Shown: positions 38,223 through 51,200 of the stretch, piece after piece
Layout of the letters: every line of letters starts with the position of its first letter
Position numbering within the stretch: the first letter of the stretch is position 1
NCBI GenBank assembly: GCA_951406725.2
Contig: OX597818.1
Coordinates: forward strand, 16,678,001 to 16,742,000
Direction of reading: 5' to 3'
DNA length: 64,000 bases
Origin: Octopus vulgaris
Taxonomy: Eukaryota
Translations under genes and position numbers: made by a program
The notes under the pieces: generated by a model
Database searches by the model: none
What the model saw: only the letters and a program-made list of their open reading frames with translations
What the model was told of the DNA's origin: nothing

Positions 38223-38793
38223 TATATATACATACTCACATATACATATATACTTAACTGGATGACTGCTCATGAAAGACTTAACATCCAGTTAAGTAGA
38301 ACATCTACTGAATGAGGGATCTAGGCTTGTTCTGTGGATGAGACAGAAAGGGATACATAATTTCTCACATCAAACAAGATTCAGTTCTAATTATTTTTGA
38401 CACTTTGGGTGATGGCTGGCCTTTCTAGTTGGTGCTAAAATATTGAGGTGTTTACTTTCGACAATATTGCCCTTTAGTGATGGATGAACTCTCCAAGTGC
38501 ATACTTCTTGTTTTTCTTTTGTGGCAATGATGGCCTTTAAACAATGGATGGAAAATTCAGAGTTTCCTCATTTTTAATGCCAATAGCGGCCTTTCAGTTG
38601 TTGCTACAAAATAGGCTATTCAGATTTGTTAGTAGTGGCCTTTCAAATACTGTCAAATATGTTCAGGTGTTTGCAATTTGGGCTTTTACAGCTTTGGTAG
38701 TTATTGTGAATAAATTTTCGAAAGGTTCCTATAATTCCTGGATGAGATTTAAAACCTTTAAGTCTATATTATCTCCATGACAATGTCTCCCCC

Positions 38794-38834
<41 letters not shown>

Positions 38835-39171
38835 ATATACATTTGTGTGTGTGTGTAATATGTAATATCTTCACTACGTGCACACTTTCAACAATGAGGA
38901 TTCTCTTGTTCGATGAACTGAACTATCTTCTTCTGAATTAACATAAGTGTCTGAGTAAGACACATATACCTTTTCATGCAATTCTCAGGCAGAATCAGTG
39001 TGATAGAATCTATGACAAGGCTGCACCTCTGGATTACAGATGTAATCCATCTTATCAGCTTATAATACAGTTTCTACCTACCCAATATCACTCATTAAGT
39101 ATGGGTCATTCTGAGGTTATAAGAAATACAGTTGCCTAAGATGCTGTGCAGTGGGATCAAATCTGGGACCG

Positions 39172-39522
39172 TGTTGAGTCTGAGGTCATGTGGGAAGATG
39201 GAGGCATAACGTCCCCATCACTAGTGATCACTCCAAACACCATGATGTTGACTGGATGTTTCATTTTTATCACTCTTGGTACATGTTCTCAGATTGATGT
39301 CCAAACACTCTGAAATGTTTGTATTGTAGCTTCTGGTTTGAATGCCAAGCAGTACAGCATGTTGTTTCCAAATTTCTGGCTGAGTGAATTGTGTGATGGT
39401 GCTGTCTTTCTCACAGATGGTACCCGACTGACCCAACTATACTGTGTAGTCACCAAAATCAAAAAAAATGTGTATGTGCAAAATTTGAAATATAAAAATG
39501 ACAATTTACCCATCGCACCCTG
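39172..39522 (-). mobile_element. Second, truncated copy of the DD37D derivative (5' part)
   Basis: Homologous to ~37368-37715, with the same terminus and the same deletion junction. Confidence 0.8.
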
Positions 39523-40093
39523 TATCTAGTCAGCAATTGTTTAAATCCTGCGGCAGTAACTTGTTGTCCTTGGATCAGTAACAAGTAAAGTAGTGAGGTT
39601 GATTCAATTAACTGTGGGCCAAATGTATAGTTTTGTATTCCTAATATGAAAATTAATTTTTGATTTTCTTCTGATATTGGTCAGTTGTAGAAACTCTGGA
39701 AATGTAGATTGGACCAGCTATGAGGCAGGTTTTGAATGGTGACTTCAAAGGATTCACCATAGTCAGTTGTAAGTATGGAGGCTGTTAGATGTGAGGGTTT
39801 CAGAAATTTTATGCTTGTCATCAGGTAACTGATTGTTAATCTGGGAAGACATATTTTTATATGACATAAATGTGTGTGCATGCACACGCACACTCTCACA
39901 CACACACTCTCACACACACACTCTCACACACACACTCTTCTTTCAGCTTCTGTCTATTAAAATCCACTCACAAAGTTTTAGTCAACTCAAAGCTTGTAGA
40001 AGATACTTATTCCGAGTGTCATGCTGTGCTGTGGGACTGAACCTGAAACTATGTGGTTGAGAATCAAATCACTCAGCCACAGTCATGTTTACA

Positions 40094-40134
<41 letters not shown>

Positions 40135-40634
40135 TTCACATCATTTAGGTAGCTATTCATTTACACCACATGTCTAATGTTGAAACCAGTTAATGCTTTG
40201 TCTGAAAAGTGAAATTGTATTGTAATCTCTCTCTAATGACAACTGGAAAGTGTTATATGTATCACTTTTTAAGCTTGAATCTTTCTTTTTTCCCTTCTTT
40301 CTTCCCATCATATACTTTTTTTATTTGCCTTCTATTTTCTTCCTTTTATTCCTATTATTCTCACTGGTCATCTCCCCTTCTGTTCTTTTTTTTTTTTGCT
40401 ATGTTGCTTCCATCTTTTTTAGAAGAAAAAACATTAACACAATTTTTTTAAATATCTCTGAAGAGCTTTTTAAAATATTCGTAATAAATTACACACACAC
40501 ACTCATCGTTTTTTTTCTTTTAACATACACTTTTCTATGCTTGCACACATGCACAAATGTATGATTCAGAGATCCAAGTGTAGTTAGTTAATAAGCTTTG
40601 GACATGTATTCTGTTAGTATAAATGACAAGAGGT

Positions 40635-40688
40635 AGACAATAGCCTTGTGAGTGGATTTGGTAGACAGAAACTGAAAGAGGCCCGTCC

Positions 40689-40769
<81 letters not shown>

Positions 40770-40960
40770 TTGTGTTTGTCCCCCCAACATCGCTTGACAA
40801 TTGATGCTGCTGTGTTTACGTCCCCGTAACTTAGTGGTTCGACAAAAGAGACTGATAAAATAAGTACTAGGCTTACAAAGAATAAGTCCTGGGGTTGATT
40901 TGCTCAACTAAAGGCGGTGCTCCAGCATGGCCACAGTCAAATGACTGAAACAAGTAAATA
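40635..40960 (+). mobile_element. SINE family A, 5'-truncated
   Basis: gccttgtgagtggatttggtagacagaaactgaaag ... ccacagtcaaatgactgaaacaagtaa. Confidence 0.8.
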
Positions 40961-41432
40961 AATTTTTTTTAAATGATAAAATAAGGTTTTTTCAACATTG
41001 TAAGTTACACAGTTCGTCCCATATGGAAATCACAGAAAACTTCAATAAGCTGACAGCCACCATTCAACTCACTGTTCAGCAACTAAAGTTGCTAAAAATG
41101 CGAATAAAAATCCAAGAAAGTAAGGAATAGAACAGATAAAATATGGACTACAATTATTTCATAGCTAAGACAATGATTGTTATGTAAGTTGCATCATACA
41201 TAGAACTAGCTTAGCTAATCTTCAGGTGCTATTACCTATATGTTGTTTACATTGTTGCATGAAGTTGAACAAATGAATCATCATGGCAAGTTGAAAAAAA
41301 GAAACAAAAAAAAAATGACCAATGAAAGCATTAGAAGGTAGGTTGCCATAAAAGGAAATAAGGAGGGTGTCATAAATGTGTATTTTTATATATATGTGTG
41401 TGTGTGTTTATGTAATGGTTTGGATTAATGAG

Positions 41433-41740
41433 TATATGTTAATTAGTGTGTTAATGTGTTGAGTAAAGCACTAGCACAGTTTGGGCTACCTGGTGTCAGT
41501 TGGGATCGAAACGATCATTGTACAAAATAAAGGCTAATACCAAATCCATCTTCTGGGTACTTAATCAATTATATATACATTATATCAAATTATTATATAT
41601 ATATATATTAACCAGAAGATGGATTTGGTATTAGTCTTTATTTTGTACAATGATCGTTTTGACTCCAACTGTGGATGACACCAGGTAGCCCATCTGTGCC
41701 AGTGCTTTACTCTACACACTAACACATTAATCAATATATA
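41433..41740. repeat. Foldback: ~125-bp inverted arms around a TA-rich spacer
   Basis: 41433-41556 pairs with 41612-41740 (ttgtacaaaataaaggctaataccaaatccatcttctgg and its reverse complement). Confidence 0.85.
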
Positions 41741-41948
41741 CAATGGACATCTTTCAGTTTCTGTCTACCAAATTCACTCCCAATACTTTCGTTGGGCTGA
41801 GGCTATAGTAAAAGACACTTGCCCAAGGTAACACATGGTGGGACTGAACCTGAAACCATGTAATGCAAATTTCTCAACCATGCACCAACACCTGTGCTGG
41901 TATATGTATGTGCATATACATATGGATGACGTTAAACGATGATGATGA

Positions 41949-41984
<36 letters not shown>

Positions 41985-41988
<4 letters not shown>

Positions 41989-42183
41989 ATCCAAACATGA
42001 AAGCACAAAAAAACACAACAACACGAGGACGTGGAACAAATATAGTATTATTGGATGCTCAGGAAAGAAGGAGGGTTTAACGTTTCAAGCGGAACTCTTC
42101 GTCGAAAACATAGGAGAAGGAAAGATCCAGAGAAGGGAAGACAGAGGAAAAAAAATCGCCAACGGTACACACGCAGTCACATT
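41985..42183 (-). repeat. Penelope-like pLTR fragment with a degenerate minimal hammerhead (42075-42110)
   Basis: Minus strand gttt-TCGACGA-A-GAG-ttccg-CTT-GAAA-CG-TT-aaac; sits between (TA)n tracts. Confidence 0.5.
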
Positions 42184-42391
42184 ATATATAATCTCCAAAT
42201 TTAGAGAATGTAGTCGATAGAATCCAGGCTTCGTGCATTTCCTAGCTAGCAGAACCTTGAAATTTTTACATCAATAAACCACTATTGTTCCTGAAAGTTT
42301 TTTATACCTTCTATGGACTGCTCGAAGTTTACTAACTTCCTACACCTTGATCCTTGGATCTTACCTTTACATATGTATGTAAACAAATATG

Positions 42392-42545
42392 CAACGGGCT
42401 TCTTTCAGTTTCTGTCTACCAAATCCACTCACACGGCTTTGGTCAGCCCGAGGCTAGAGTAGAAGACACTTGCCCAAGGTGCCACGCAGTGGGAATGAAC
42501 CCGGAACCATGTGGTTGGTAAGCAAGCTACTTACCACACAGTCAC
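42392..42545 (-). mobile_element. SINE family A head (similar heads at 41745-41895 and 39935-40085)
   Basis: Reverse complement of the family A 5' half. Confidence 0.8.
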
Positions 42546-43099
42546 ACATGCATATATACTCCACATACACATACTTATATGCACAAATATAAATTCATAT
42601 AAATACAAAAATAGAGCTCAGCAAAAATGCAACACCTAATGACCTTATGAGAGGAAGACAAATAAACCAAAGTAATATTCCAGTTCTATACCAAAATAGC
42701 ACTACATTAATTTCTTGATTAATGAAATTAGTTTTAGTGGTCTTTCCAATTTGCAGTGTTGTTACTCAGACTGCTAATCCTTTAAACCCTCTCTCTATAT
42801 ATATCACAGTTATGCCCTTTTGCTAACATTTGGATTACATTTCTTATAACCATCTAGAGTGGAGTCTGTTCAGTTATTTTATTGATGATGGTGGTGGTTT
42901 TGATTGTGATACTATTAATGGAGCCATTGTAATTGTGTGTATGGGATGAGTGGCTAATTGCACTGACAAGTCACCATGTTAATTACGGTAAATTATTATT
43001 TGTTGTGTGTGTGTATGTGCCTAAATTGTGCATATCGATTTAGATTTATATATGCATATCCAAATATGTGCCTGTATATGTGTGTAACATGTATATGTG

Positions 43100-43428
43100 T
43101 ATAACATGGTTCAGTGTCTAGTGTCAAGCTCACAACTATGAGGTAGTGAGTTTAATTCCTGAACTAGGCCATGTGTTGTGTTCTTGAGCAAGACACTTAT
43201 TTCACATTGCTCCTGTTCACTCAGCTGTAGAAGTTAGTTGCGGCATCACTGGTGTCAAGCTGTATCGGCCTTTTCTTTCTCTTGGAGAACATTGTTGACA
43301 TGGAGAGGGGAAGCTGGTATGCATGGGTGACTGCTGGTCTTCCATAAACAACCCTGCCTAGACTTGTGCCTTGGAGGGTAGCTTTCTAGGTGCAATCCCA
43401 TGGTCATTCATGACCAAAAGTGGTCTTT
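43100..43428 (+). mobile_element. SINE family B
   Basis: Homologous to 11441-11770. Confidence 0.75.
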
Positions 43429-43745
43429 ATGTGTGTAATAAGTAAACACACACACACACTTGCTTGCTCCTGTCAAACCTTCCAGCCTAAGCCAGCATGA
43501 AAATCAAACAATAAATGATGAGGACACCACCATCATCATCATCATAGTTTTAATGTTCATTTTTCCAGCCCTTCATGAGTCAGATGGAGTTTGAGGCAGA
43601 TTTTCTGCAGCTAAATATCCTTCTTGTCACCAAGTACTATTTCCTTGTGGTCAGACATGTTCTCACAGAACACTGGAAATGAACAACACTGCTTCTATGA
43701 CCGATATTTAGACATTAGGACTATAGTTTCAGTTTAAGCAGCAAG

Positions 43746-43974
43746 TTAACCCTTTACCTGTCTTTTGTATTACCTGTGATACAGAAGTCCTGTTTCTTTG
43801 GTGTCTGTGCATCATATGTGACATACATTTCATGTTTTCAATCACCAGAGTAACTTGGGATTTATGAAAGGAAAGCTTTATATTACTCAGAACATATGAA
43901 ACTGGGGCTAACTAAAAGTCTGTAAGCAAGTTTGGAATAACTTATGAAAATGTTTTGGATGGTCAAAGGGTTAA
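43746..43974. mobile_element. TTAA-flanked piggyBac-type MITE
   Basis: TTAA|CCCTTT.ACC ... GGTCAAAGGG|TTAA. Confidence 0.6.
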
Positions 43975-44043
43975 AAAAAAACTTTTCCACCACCACCACT
44001 ATTTCTGTGGCTTTTGCTTAGAAGATCTAGTTGTTCTCATACC

Positions 44044-44275
44044 TATTTCTTTACTACCCACAAGGGGCCAAACACAGAGAGGACGAACAAGGACAGACAA
44101 ATGGATTAAGTCGATTATATCGACCCCAGTGCGTAACTGGTACTTATTTAATTGACCCTGAAAGGATGAAAGGCAAAGTTAACCTCGGCGGAATTTGAAC
44201 TCAGAACATAGCGGCTGACAAAATACTGCTAAGCATTTCGCCCGGCATGCTAACGTTTCTGCCAGTTCGACGCCC
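44044..44275 (-). mobile_element. Meta-like SINE
   Basis: Reverse copy of the 20358 family; 14-bp TSD gttgttctcatacc at 44030-44043 and 44278-44291. Confidence 0.85.
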
Positions 44276-45774
44276 TTGTTGTTCTCATACCATCTCCATG
44301 CAAACACTCACTTGTGTCTCTCTTGTCATTCATACTGTGTTCTGTCATTCCTTCCAGAAAAAAAAAAAATCAATTTATGTTTTCTATGAAATCTTATCAA
44401 TTACTGCTAGTGTGTATTTCAAAACATTCCTATAGTTGAAAATTAAACAATGCGGTGGGTGCCTTACTAAAATTCAACTACTTCCTATCACATGAATGTT
44501 ACTTCCTGTCAATTGTCTGAATGTGAGGAAAGTGTCAGTAATATCATATATTAGTAATTTAATACTGTCTGAGACTAATAAGTTGTAAAAAAAGAACGAA
44601 AAAAAGAGTGGGTTGCTTTACAGTTCTTCTTGTATTGTCTCCCCCTAAAAGCCCCAGGGATTCTGTTAAGAGAAAGGTTGCTTACAGCTGTGTTTTATGC
44701 TGTTAAGTGGATGTGAACCTGTATCTCCTAGACATAACATTTATCCTCCAGTTGGGAAGGCTGAGTGAGGCTTGTGGAATTTAGGTGTTCTACTTTATAG
44801 ACAGACATACCAGAAACATCTGCCTTGAGTTTGAACTCATGACCTATGTGCTGGCAGTCCAGTAATTTATATTCTCTCATCCATTTTCTTCCCTGCTTCT
44901 CTTTTTGCAGCATGATTTCAGCACAAATTCTTGCATTTCAAATGCTGCACAAGTTCTGTAGATTCTTGCTATTTGTGAGTGTTGGACTCTCTTTTAAAAG
45001 ATAAGAATGCATCAACTGACTGACAAGTTGTGTTTATCGCAAATTTTACTCCTAGAAAAACAAATTTACTGTTGATTTAAGTTGTGCTGTTGTCCTCTTC
45101 TTCCTTATTCTCTACCACTATCACCACCATCAACTTCACCACTACCATCACTTTATATGATTTATGCCATTTTTTAACAAATATTTTTTAACAGTCACTT
45201 TGAAGTTTTAAACTTGTAACTTTCCATAGAATTGGTTTAGCTCTGACTGACAAAAGAGTAAACAAAACAAACAAAAATGAAAAATAAATAACATTAAAAA
45301 CTAAAAATAAGTAAATAAAATAATTTTCATCTGAGAAATGTTAAGTATACAACCACCACTACCATCATCACCAACATACTACAACTATGACATCAACCAC
45401 TACCACAACAATGACTACTGCTACCGCTTTTACCATCCTCTCCCAAAAAGCACCAAGGCTACTTACAATAACTACAAGCCATATCCACAAGTTGGAACTA
45501 ATCCAAGTTGCATTTGATAAATTAATGTCACTTAGGTGGAATGAAAACCATTTGAGGATTTAATTTTTATATATTCGTATTTTTAAGATACTTCATTCAG
45601 TATATTGTTGTTGTTGTTGTTGCTATTAATATTTTTTATTAATTGTTGTTGTTAGTGTATTTTAAAAATTTTATTGCTTTTTCTTGATATTTGCTTGTTG
45701 ATTTGTACTTAAGAGAATCTTGATCTTTCATTTTTTTAAACATTTTTTCTAAAGTCAGCCATCATATTTAGTTA

Positions 45775-45816
45775 GCAACAGCAGCATTAATAACAACAAC
45801 AACAATGGTAATAATA

Positions 45817-45858
<42 letters not shown>

Positions 45859-45909
45859 GCGATGGTAATAATAAGAGTAATGGTAATAATAACAATAATA
45901 ATAATAGCA

Positions 45910-45946
<37 letters not shown>

Positions 45947-45990
45947 TGATAATGATGACAACACAACAATAATAATAACAATGATAATGT
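45775..45990. repeat. Degenerate (AAT)n/(AAC)n trinucleotide tract
   Basis: Directly visible; it is the source of the poly-L and poly-Y ORFs. Confidence 0.9.
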
Positions 45991-48194
45991 TTTCAAATTT
46001 TGACACAAGGCTAGTAATTTTGGAGGAGGGATAAATTGATTGTATCAATTCTAGTGTTTAACTAGTTCTCATTTTATTGACTTTTGAAAGGATGGAAGGT
46101 AAAGTTGACCTTGGCTGCATTTGAACTCAGAATGTAAAGCCAGAAGAAATGCTGCTAAGTGTTTTTTTTTCTCCAGCAATTTTTTTGGGAGGAATAAATC
46201 AGTTACATCGACCCCGGTATTCAACTGAAAGAATGGAAGATAAAGTCAACCTTGATGAAATTTGAAGTCTATATGTAAAAACATGAAATGCTAACAAAGC
46301 CATTAGGGACCCTGAAATGACTAACCTGTTTATCATAGGTGTGGCTATATGGACACAGGTTTTGCTTTTCAACCACATGGTTCTTCAGCAAATGTCTTCT
46401 GCTATAGCTGTAGGCTGATCAAAGCCTTCTGTATAGATTTGGTATACAGAAATAAGCCTCTGTGTGTGTGTCTGTCCGTCCGTCCATCCTTTATTGGCAT
46501 CATGGGATAGCTGTGATTCTGTGAGGACATGTCTTGCATGGAGAAATATTGCTTCACTTGGAAACAGGTGAGGGTTGGCAACAGGGAAGGCCATCTGGCC
46601 ATGGAAAATTTGCATCAATAAACTCTGTCCAACTTAGGCTAGCATGGAAAAGTGGACAGTAAAATGAATGTGTGTGTGTATTTTCCAACAAAATGATTTT
46701 TTTTAAAGGTATTTTAATATTTTATCCAGTGGAGCTACTTGAAGGGATGTATGGATGTAAAGATCTTTAATGGCAAACAGTAGCTATGATATATATATAA
46801 ATTCTATGCATGATGTGGAATAACAGTTTATGAAGAAATTCAGCAGTGTGTAAATGCTACAAATAGCTATAACTTACTATTCCTTCTGTGATCAAAATGA
46901 GTCACCAATCTCTGACTGATGATGCTTGAAGTAAAGCTGAACTAGTCATAATTTTTTTTTCTTTTTTTTTTTTTATGACCATGGAAAAACTGATAGTTTA
47001 ACTATATCTACTTCTTCACAGCAAGGGACCTACTTACTAGAATCAAATAAGTTCACTTTTCATCTCTCTTTTGATATATCTCATTCAATCCCTGTGTGAA
47101 GCTCATATTTCACTTCCTTAAGCTGTCAATTGGTAAGCTGTAGCTATATTTGTTCATTGTGGCAGTTGCCAGCTCAAATTTCACTTCCCTTTATTTCTGT
47201 TGTCTGTCAGTCTCAGGTGAAGTCAAAAAGTAACTAGTTCTACTGAATCAGTTATGCAGAGGAGGTAGGCTCAATTTCAGTTGGTAGTTTTGATATCACT
47301 TCATTTTGCTCTGTTTACCTGCCAGTCATCTTATTAGATGAACTCAGGTTCTTGTAGGTTCAGTCTCAACCGAGAGCTTTTTGTTTGTAGTTCTATAACT
47401 GGTAACCTAAGGTTTTGGTTCCAAGATGTAATCATTTCATTTGGAAAGCATGAATATCACAGTTTCATTTCTACTTCTCTAATAAACCTTGGGTCAGGTA
47501 TCCAATTTCTGCCAACAAATCAATATTTGTTAGGAGCTGCAATAACATTTCCTTCATTTATTCCATTTTCTGTGAGTGAAGTGAAGTAAAGCAAGGTATC
47601 TGATGTGGGGTTCAGTCCCACCTCTCAACAGCATTTCTACATTTCTAAATAATTTTCTTATGCCTTTCAGTTTTTTTTTTTTTTTTTTTTTTTGCTTGTA
47701 AGATTTACTACAATAACAGAAGTTCAGTACCATTTGGATGCAGTTCAATTTTCTCACCCATCAATCATCTGTCAGTGGGATTTAGGAGTATAGTGATAGA
47801 ATTAGGTTCAAATTCAGTTGGCAACTAACATTTCCTTTCCATTCTTTGTCAGGGGAAATGTTATGAAGAACAACCTGTCATCCTTTATTGAGACCATTTT
47901 CAGAAGTTTAAGGATTCAGATTAGTTTTACTTCGAACCTGCCTTGTATAAGAAAAGTCATCAAACAGTTGATATTAGTTTCTCTGATATATATATATATA
48001 TATATTCCTTTATTCTTTTACTTGTTTCAGTCATTTGACTGTGGCCATGCTGGAGCATTGCTTTAAAGGGTATTAGTTGAAGAAATCGACCCCAGGACTT
48101 ATTCTTTGTAAGCCTAGTACTTATTCTATTGGTCTCTTTTGCTGAACTAAGTTACAGAGAACAAATCATATTTCTAACATGACTTGTAGCAACA

Positions 48195-48196
<2 letters not shown>

Positions 48197-48252
<56 letters not shown>
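48197..48252. repeat. (GT)n microsatellite
   Basis: Directly visible; one of many (TA)n, (GT)n and (CA)n tracts in the window. Confidence 0.95.
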
Positions 48253-48255
<3 letters not shown>

Positions 48256-51200
48256 AATATCTTTTAGTCAAGAAGGCAGTGAGTTAACAGAATTGTTAGC
48301 ATTTCATCCATCCTCACATTCTGAGTTCAAATTCTACCAAGGTTGACTTTTCCTTTCATTCTATCAAGGTCAATAAAATAAGTACCAGTTGAACACTGGG
48401 GATCATTGTAATCAACTTTGCCCCTCTCTTGAAATTGTTGGCCATTTGCCAAATTTGAAATCAATATCTTCTAGTCAAGAGGGAAGGCAGGCTCATGGTT
48501 GTTTACAACAGAATCTCTGAGAGTGGTGAAAGGGAATGAGGAAAGTATCCTCCAACTGGAGACCTGCCTTAAATGCTTGCAACAGACATGATTCCACTAT
48601 GAGTGCCCAGATTATTAGTTGGTGGTGTTAAACCAGGCAGTGGATTGTCTACCACCTGGGGAGGTGATGGTGGGATTTGAACTCAGAATGCAAAGAGCTG
48701 AAACAAATACCTTGTGGTAGACACCTGGTCCAATGTTCTTACAATTTCACTAATCCATTGCCATGTATTATATCAACCCCAAAAAAACTGAAGGATGAAG
48801 TTGACCTTCTTAGTAGGATTTGAACACAGCTCAGTCAGGACAAAATACTGTCAGGCATTCTATTTTACACTCGAATGACTGTCAGTTAGCTGGCTTGGTT
48901 GAGTTCTTTAATTGATGGATCATACCTTGTGACCAGCTTTCTGTACCACCTCCCATAGATTGTAGTACTGCATAACTGAATAGGATTCGTTTGACTTTTA
49001 GTTTCTGAGATTACATGCTGCTATGGCTTGTAATTTGTTGCACTAATTATACAATTAGTAGATATATTTAGTTACAAAAAATCTAAATGTTTGATTATTT
49101 TGATTATGTTTGTGTTGAATAATTAATTGTGTTGAATAATTAACTCTTTTGATATGAACATGATTTAGACTGCCCAACCTTTTATGACGTAATCTTACTG
49201 TTTTAAAGTGTCTAAGTTATAATCTCTCAAAATTTTATGAAAGTTTGTTCCAGACCCCAGTTTAATAATGAGAAAATTATTTTACCAAATTCTTCATTAT
49301 CTTCAAAATTAATTGAAACAAAAGCAGCAACTATTTTTGATTTGATTTTGATTTTCCAGTTTCAGCTAATGAGCTGTGGCCATGCTGGGGCACAGAAATA
49401 TGGTATCAAAATGATTAAAGAGACATATATTATGTAGACGGATGCATGAACGTTCAAGTATCAATGAGCCTTTAGTTGAAAATCTGGGAGGTTTTGGCAA
49501 GGAATAGTTAAATAAGAAAATACCCAGAATTAAAGTAATTTTGCAACTCTGCGCTATTTAAAGTCTACATGAGCAGTAATAGTTTCGTTTGGTTTGTGTA
49601 CATAATTTTTGCTAAGGTTAGTGTTGACTAGCTGTATTAGAAAACAAAATTATCTGAAGATTGTCTGTGTGTGTTAATATAGTCCTTTGTTAGCTATTTC
49701 AGCTGACTGTCTGTCACTCAAGCTTTAGATATTTTCTATTTCCTTCTTTCTGACAGATTTTGTTGATAATCTGTTAAGTCTTAATCTTCAGCTGCTAAAG
49801 TTGGACCACCAATTACCCTAGTCTTATTGGCCTCCATCCCACTATAAACTCAAACTATTATTGTAGAAAAATAGTATTCAAATTATCAATGAAAATATGT
49901 TTTTATATTTCGTACCTCCCATTGACCCTTCATTCTTTCTACATCCAATAATTTCGCTACCACACAGCTTATATTTTTTAATAACTAGCTTTAACAAAAG
50001 AACAAAGGTTTTTCAATGCAAATGTGTTTAATAACTGTGAAATAAGCAGCTGCAGTTTGGCCTCTGTGCTTAGTTAGATTATTATTATATGCTATAGCAG
50101 TAAGCCACTAGTTGTTTTTTTTTCCTTGTTTATTTTTTTACTGAATGTTCGAACCTACTTTGTCACCCTCTCTTCTCTCTACATATATTTTAATTTTGAT
50201 TTTAAGCTATATGTTTGTTTTTCTTTTTTTGTTTTATTTTTCTTTATGCCATATCATATTTCATTTCTCTTGAGGAAAATTTCGAAACATTGATAAACTT
50301 TCAAGAATTCTTTGTTGGCCTATTGTTTTCTTTCCATCTGTCCCCCCTCCTCTCTGTCCACATCTGTTCTCTGTCTATATCATACATTTACATACAGACC
50401 ACACACACACACACACACACCAGGCTACTCAACAATGACTACAACAGTGTTTTCAAATATTAGTATTTGTTATTATGTTTTAGTAACAATCACTTCACTT
50501 ATACTGAGATCTCTTAGTACACTAAATACAGTAATGAATCCTTACTTCACCTCCATGTTAAACAACAAACATATGGAATATATATTTTTTCTTTTTTAGT
50601 GTGTTTTTTCAAATTTATTTATCTTTTATCTACTTGTGTCTATTTCATTTCTTTCATCTATTGGATTCTATGCATGTGTGTGTATATGTGTAATATTTTC
50701 ACACACATCATTATTATTTGTATTTGTTTGCCATGATAAAATACGCCCAGTTCTAGCTATTAAAAAAAACAACAAAAAGACCTGTTTCAGGAAATATGTA
50801 TGTGTGTGTGTGTGTGTGTGTGTGAGTAAATATGCTGATTCAGCTAAGCTGAGTTAGTCGCTAACATTGCAAACAAATTTGTAACTGAAAATAAGCACAT
50901 CAACAGTTTGCCACTGTTGATTTTTATTGTCTTCATCACCAGTTTAAATTATCTTTGTCATTATTTACAGAATCAGCAACTGGTCATTTTGGGTCCTCCT
51001 ATCTTAGAGCAGTTAAGATTTTTCAAGAATACATTTCTTCATTATTTTTACACCAGTTTCCCTGTTCTAGAATAAAGAAGGGAAGCTTTTCTTGATTTAA
51101 TCTACTGGAAAGTGCTACAGTGTATTTAAACTTATTGCAGCTTTTAATAAAATTAATCTCATGGTCCTGCTCCTCCTGTAGTTGAAGCTATTCTGAATTT

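Noticed and set aside
45755-46048. Poly-Leu and poly-Tyr ORFs
   Set aside because: Translation of an (AAT)n tract.
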